From Octopus bimaculoides (lineage: Eukaryota): a stretch of DNA of 39,604 nt. Both the position numbers and the translations under genes were made by a program. The DNA lies in contig NC_068992.1 of NCBI RefSeq assembly GCF_001194135.2, forward strand, positions 38,732,860 to 38,772,463. Direction: 5' to 3'. Shown here in pieces: positions 34,265 through 39,604 of this stretch (the stretch's first letter is position 1; the number at the start of each line of letters is the position of its first letter). The notes below the pieces were generated by a model that made no database searches, was not told where the DNA came from, and saw only the letters and a list, made by a program, of their open reading frames with translations.

Positions 34265-34470
34265 AACTCATGAGGGCCAGTTTCCATGGTGTATAAATTC
34301 CCCACCTGGACAGGACACTGGTCTGTCACCAGATTACTCATTTTTGCCAGCTGAGTAGAATTGAGCAAAGCGAAGTGAAGTGTTTTGCTCAAGAACACAA
34401 TGTGTCAGCCAACCCAAGAATTGAAACCACAATCTTACAACCATGAGCCCAACGCCCTAACCACTGAGCC
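34265..34470 (-). mobile_element. tRNA-derived SINE, related to 92-425
   Basis: Reverse complement reads gtggctcagtggttagggcgttgggctcatgg...gtgttcttgagcaaaacacttcac. Confidence 0.8.
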
Positions 34471-34474
34471 ACAC

Positions 34475-34880
34475 ACCAGCTTGGGAGTTCAGGAGTTTCA
34501 GGGGGTTTGGAGTTACCCCTCAGTCATTCCTACTCCCAGATTCACTCTGACCCAGAGGTTGTAGTTCCTGTGAAGGACCCCAGTTATGGACCAAATAGCA
34601 GAAGATGAATCCTATGGCTAAGATATAAAGGATTCAGAAAGAGATTGGCCCCTTGACATGTGTCTCACAGGTCCACCTGTGTATGGGTTGGCTGCAATGT
34701 CTTATGAACCAGTCCCCCTACCTAGGGTTAAACAAACCCTGTGTATCAAGTGTAATCTTGGGAGAGCAGGAGATTAGCAGAGAAGACTGTAAATAAATTG
34801 GCAGAAAGCAATAGGAAACCATTACTGTATGTTTCCCCTGGAAAAACCATGGATTTTCAAGCTTTGACCTGATTGTTGAT
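34475..34880 (+). mobile_element. Probable RTE-type 5'UTR fragment
   Basis: Contains ggcagaaagcaataggaaaccattactgtatgtttcccctggaaaaaccatgga (about 34799-34853), similar to the RTE/BovB-type GCAATGGCAAACCACTCCAGTATTCTTGCCTGGAAAATCCCATGGA motif. No ORF follows. Confidence 0.5.
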
Positions 34881-34904
34881 GCCTCCAGGAATGGTAATCA
34901 TGCA

Positions 34905-35280
34905 CATATGGCTGTGTGGTAAGAAGTTTGCTTCCCAAACGCATGGTTCCAAGTTCCGTCCCACTGCATGGCACCTTCGGCAAATGTCTTCTACAATAAC
35001 TTCAGTCCGACCAAAGCCTTGTGAGTGGATTTGGTAGATGGAGACTGATAGAAGCCCATCATATATGTATGTGTGTGTGTGTCATTGTACCTATATTCGT
35101 CTTGACAACCTGTGTTGGTATGTTTACATCCCTGTAACTTAGCAGTCCTGCAAAAGACAGAGATAGAATAAGTACCAGGCTTTAAAAAAAAAAAAAGGAC
35201 TGGGGTTGACTTATTCAACTAAAAATTCTTCAAGGTGGTCCCCTAGCATGGCTGCAGTCTAATGATTGAATCAAGCAGAA
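34905..35280 (+). mobile_element. Composite SINE (head, microsatellite, ccctgtaacttagc...agaataagtacc module)
   Basis: Near-complete match to the family consensus visible across the copies in this window. Confidence 0.85.
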
Positions 35281-35651
35281 GCTGGTACATGATGAGAGAG
35301 AGAGAGAAAGGAGGCAGGAGAGAAGAATGAGTACCAACTGCCATGGTTGAAGCAATAAAGTGTTTGACTATGTTCTATACTACTCACTATTTAGTTTCAT
35401 TCACCCCCACCCCNNNNNNNNNNNNNNNNNNNNNNNNNNNNNNNNNNNNNNNNNNNNNNNNNNNNNNNNNNNNNNNNNNNNNNNNNNNNNNNNNNNNNNN
35501 NNNNNNNNNNNNNNNNNNNNNNNNNNNNNNNNNNNNNNNNNNNNNNNNNNNNNNNNNNNNNNNNNNNNNNNNNNNNNNNNNNNNNNNNNNNNNNNNNNNN
35601 NNNNNNNNNNNNNNNNNNNNNNNNNNNNNNNNNNNNNNNNNNNNNNNNNNN

Positions 35652-36991
35652 TTATGGTTTTTTTATACTTCTTTTATTTTTCAAAATTAAGATAAACAAA
35701 GTTCTTCTTTAATCTAAAATATACACTCCTTCATTTTCTACAATACTCTTCCATCTATCTGGTAGACTTGCAAGGCCCCTCTTCCAAAATTCACTTGTCC
35801 GTGACAAAAATACTCCTCCAGTACTGTTCTGACCTTGTCTACAGAATTCATTTTCTTTCCGTCCAAATGATTTTGAAGACTGTAGAATAAATGATAATCA
35901 GATGGGGCAATGTCTGGCGAATATGGTGGGTGGGGCATCATTTCCCATTCAAACTGCTCCAGCCTTTGGAATGTCATCCTCACTATATGTTGCTGAGCAT
36001 TATTCTGATAGAAGAACACCTTTTGTCTTGGAACCAAAGATGGTCGTTTTTCTTCTAGCACTGACTTAAACTGCTCACAGTAGATCTCCTTTGTTATCGT
36101 TTGGTTTGGGTTTAAAAGTTCAAAGTGGATTAAACCTTTCATATCCCACCAAACAGATAACAACACNNNNNNNNNNTATCGTTTGGTTTGGGTTTAAAAG
36201 TTCAAAGTGGATTAAACCTTTCATATCCCACCAAACAGATAACAACACCTTATGTGGGTGAAATCCTTCTTTAGCCTGGGGTGTCAGTGTTTCTCCTTTC
36301 CCTACCAACTGTCTTCAGCACTTCACATTTTTACAGAGAACCTATTTCTCATCACCAGTCACTATTCGGTCCAAAAAAAGGTTCATTCATGAGACAAGAC
36401 AGCAAAGAAGAGCACACATTCACTCTCTGCACGCAATCAGACTCAGAAGGTTTGTAAAGAACCCATTGATTCAATTTGCTGACTTTTCCAATGGCATGCA
36501 GGTGTCGATGAATGGTTGAATGATCAAATCCAAGCTTTTCTGCTAGTTCCTCAACAGTTACGATGGGATTTTACTCCACCAGGGTTTGCAGGACATCCTC
36601 ATCGTGCTCTACAAATCTTCCAGGATGAGGCTCATCTTATAGGCTGTAGTTTCCAGTTAGGAATTTCTAGAACCACTGTTGACACTGGCTTATGCTTATT
36701 GTCCGATCCCCATATACTGCAGTAATATTTCACACACTTTCCGTTGTGTTGTTGCCTTTATTGAACTCGTAAAGCAAAATATTTAGAATATGCTCCTTTA
36801 TCACTTCCATTATAGCTTCAAAAAAATAACTATCAAAATTGAACTGCACTCTTGAAAACTTGCACTAAGAATGAGAACAAGGTAAAATTTCTACCTGCTT
36901 TTATAGTAAGTTGATGCAGGTAGTTTATCCCATCCCCCTCCAACTTTTAGTTCATACAATTGAAAAAAAAATTATTTATGGGATGACCTAA
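35652..36991 (-). mobile_element. Near-complete decayed mariner (DD34D-type) transposon; transposase pseudogene about 35709-36810
   Basis: Minus strand reads MEVIKEHIL..., DRIVTGDEK, KVLLSVWWDMKG, HPPYSPDIAPSDYHLF and LPDRWKSIVENEG..ILD*. TIR ...attatttatgggatgacctaa ends at 36991, followed by TA. The other TIR runs into the N-gap. Several in-frame stops. Confidence 0.93.
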
Positions 36992-38394
36992 TACATACAT
37001 ATCGAACAAAAAATGAAAGACATAATGGACCTTAGCTAGATTTGAACTCTGGATTCAGCTGGTACAAATAACTCAAGGCATTTTATTGTAACATGCTATG
37101 TAAGGACCATGGATGAATTTTTGGTAAGATACAACATCAGAAATTTACAGACAAGAAGAATGAGACTGTGTGCACAAAAATAACTCAGCTCCAGTCAGGA
37201 ATTGAAACCAGATCGTGGAGTACACTCACTGTACACCTATCTCTTCCAATATAGCTTACTTAAGAAAATATCCATCATCATTATCGTTTAATGTCCACTT
37301 TTCTGCGTTTGCATGGATCAGACAGAATTTGTTGAGGTAAATCTTTTTCTACAGCTGGATGCATTTCCTGTCGCCAACCCTACCCTGTTTCCAGGGACAA
37401 ATATTTCCCAATAACAGACATCTTTCACTTTGCTTGTTTTCAACCATCTCATGATGTCAAGACAAAGAAGCACTGGCAACACACACACATGCACATATGC
37501 ACATACACACACACACATACATCATACATACAAACCCAAGAGCTCATGGTTGGAAAGCAAACTGCTTAACTTCATTGCCATGCCTGCACCTATCTCAGCA
37601 AACCGACTCCTTAAATTTAGTTTTGATTATTGTTTGGAATAGAGCAAACGCACACAAACACTTTCATTAGCTTGATGACAGTGTGGTGGTGGTGGTAGTG
37701 GTGGTTTTGTAAATTGTTTTATAAATCTGCAATTATGGGATTGTGGAACTGCCGTTAAGCACTTGAAATTTTTGTCGTCACATGATATCAAAACCTCTAT
37801 CTAGAGCAGGAAAGAAGCATGACATGAGATGTTAACTTCAGAACATGTGTAATTTGAGCACAAACGCCTTGCAATAGAAGAATATAGCTTGATTTTAACG
37901 TGTGTGTGTCTGTGTGTGTGTGATTAAACATACCACCATCATCGTCATCATCATTTTATGTCCATTTTCCATATTGAGATTGGTTTCATGAGATTTGAGA
38001 AGCCAGAGGACGACCTTGACCTTTAGTCTTCTGCTTTGGCATAGTTTTCTATAGCTGGAGGCCCTTCCTAATGCCAATCACTTTACAGCATGTCCTGGGT
38101 GTATTTTACATTGCACCAGCACCAGTGAAGTTACCGTTAATTTGCAAGACAAGATACTTCAACCGAATAGGGGTAGGAGAGTGACAGATGGTTAGAGATG
38201 GAGGATAGAGGTGAATGCTGTGAATGGTAAACATGGGTGGAAATGTGACCTATGGTGCTTTCCTATCTATATATAGCTAGATGCACGTGTGTATTTGTGT
38301 CTCTTTGTCTTGACATCACATTTTGTTGTAAATGAGCATCACTGTCATACAAGTAGTGTCTTTCACTTCCAATCTTCCATGAAAATATGGGGAA

Positions 38395-38612
38395 ATATTG
38401 GTTTCAAATTCTGGTACAAGACCAGCAATTTCAGGGGGTGGGTATGTCGATTACATTGACCCCAATGCTTAACTGGTACTTATTTTATCCACCCCAAAAG
38501 GATGAAAGACAAAGTCAACCCCAGCAGAATTTGAACTCAGAACATAAGGACAAAAGAAATGTCACTATGCATTTCACCCTGCACGGTAACAATTTTGCCA
38601 GCTCACTACTTT
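38395..38612 (-). mobile_element. SINE, Nin/Deu-like core family
   Basis: ggatgaaagacaaagtcaaccccagcagaatttgaactcag. Confidence 0.82.
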
Positions 38613-39419
38613 AACATGGGGAAATATTAACTTGGAAACCATTGAGGGTTGGCAACAGCAAGGGCATCTGGATGTTGAAAGTCTGCCTCAACAGATTCTA
38701 TCTGACCCATGCAGGCATGGAAAAGTGGATGTTAAAATGATGATGATGATGACAACTCAAGCTCAAAAATGTTATCACAATGATTTAATGACCATGCTAA
38801 GTCTTATTCTTTGTAAGCAACAGAAACATCACCAGGATCTAACTAGTACTTCTTTTATTGCCCCTCCCATCAAAAAATGGAAGATCAGGATTTGAACTCA
38901 TAAATTAAAAGGATGAAAATAAACATTGTAAGAAATTTAATCCGATCTACCAATATTTCTGCTCCAAGCTACAAATATTGAAATATTTGCAGAATATCTA
39001 AGAAAGTCAAATGACACGTGTTAATGGAAAGAGACATTCCGCAAAATGCAACATAAGTCTTCGTGTCAGAATAAGAGACCAACTGTATATTCATGTCGGC
39101 AAGTTGTTATTTATTGCATTAGACATGTTAATATTTTAGACATACAGGGTTGGGTTAGGGTTAGGGTTTCACTAAATAACTCAGACGTGAGTCATCAATG
39201 ACAAGGAAAGGTTTGGCACATAACTTGTGAAAGGAATCAGACAATAAACTTATAATACAAGCAAAACTTTATACATACAAATATGTGTGTCTGTCTATTA
39301 CATATATGTAGGTACATATATGCATGTGTGTACATATAAATATTTCTACATACACACACACACATACAAACACACATGCTTGTACATATTTGTACATACT
39401 TACATGCATATATATATAG

Positions 39420-39582
39420 GGGCAGGCATGGCTATGTGGTAAGAAGCTTACTTTCCAACCACATGGTTCTGGGTCCAGTCCCACTGCGTGGCATTTGGGC
39501 AAGTATCTTCTTCTGTAGCCTCGGGCCAACCAAAGCCTTGTGAGTGGATTTGGTAGACGGAAACTGAAAGAAGCCCATCATA
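39420..39582 (+). mobile_element. tRNA-derived SINE, well preserved
   Basis: ggcaggcatggctatgtggtaagaagcttactttccaaccacatggttctgggtccagtcccactgcgtggc...gaaactgaaagaagccc, then (AT)n. Confidence 0.88.
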
Positions 39583-39604
39583 TATATATATATATATATA
39601 TATA

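Noticed and set aside
36092-36255. Apparent tandem duplication of about 75 bp within the mariner transposase
   Set aside because: The two identical copies sit either side of a 10-N gap, the usual signature of an unmerged contig overlap.
37680-37805. INLQLWDCG on +, resembling the small-GTPase G3 region
   Set aside because: No convincing splice sites, a stop soon after, no G1/G4 exons found, and it starts in a (GGT)n repeat; probably chance.

Overview
AT-rich, microsatellite- and SINE-dense eukaryotic DNA. The SINE, RTE, mariner and MITE families look like those of Octopus (coleoid cephalopod); this comes from recognising the repeats, not from a search. There is no prokaryotic feature, CRISPR array, rRNA or real tRNA gene. 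The only convincing protein gene is an intronless 108-aa ORF (11061-11387, +) of unknown function. It sits in a roughly 9-kb block (about 10.1-19.3 kb) that keeps its CpGs, while both flanks are CpG-depleted and probably intronic. Most of the rest is transposon debris: a near-full-length dead RTE LINE (22.4-25.7 kb, -) with a PHD-like finger and its YADD motif deleted, a near-complete dead mariner (35.7-37.0 kb, -), two Penelope GIY-YIG 3' ends (one followed by a decayed hammerhead-ribozyme motif), a Tc1/mariner end, a CR1/L2-type fragment, MITEs and dozens of SINEs. A few short candidate exons have good splice signals but could not be tied to a known gene. I found no clear new multi-gene system. 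The best leads are the microprotein, the hammerhead relics, the PHD-like finger in RTE ORF2 and an inverted repeat that holds a copy of nearby DNA. Five N-gaps limit what can be read.
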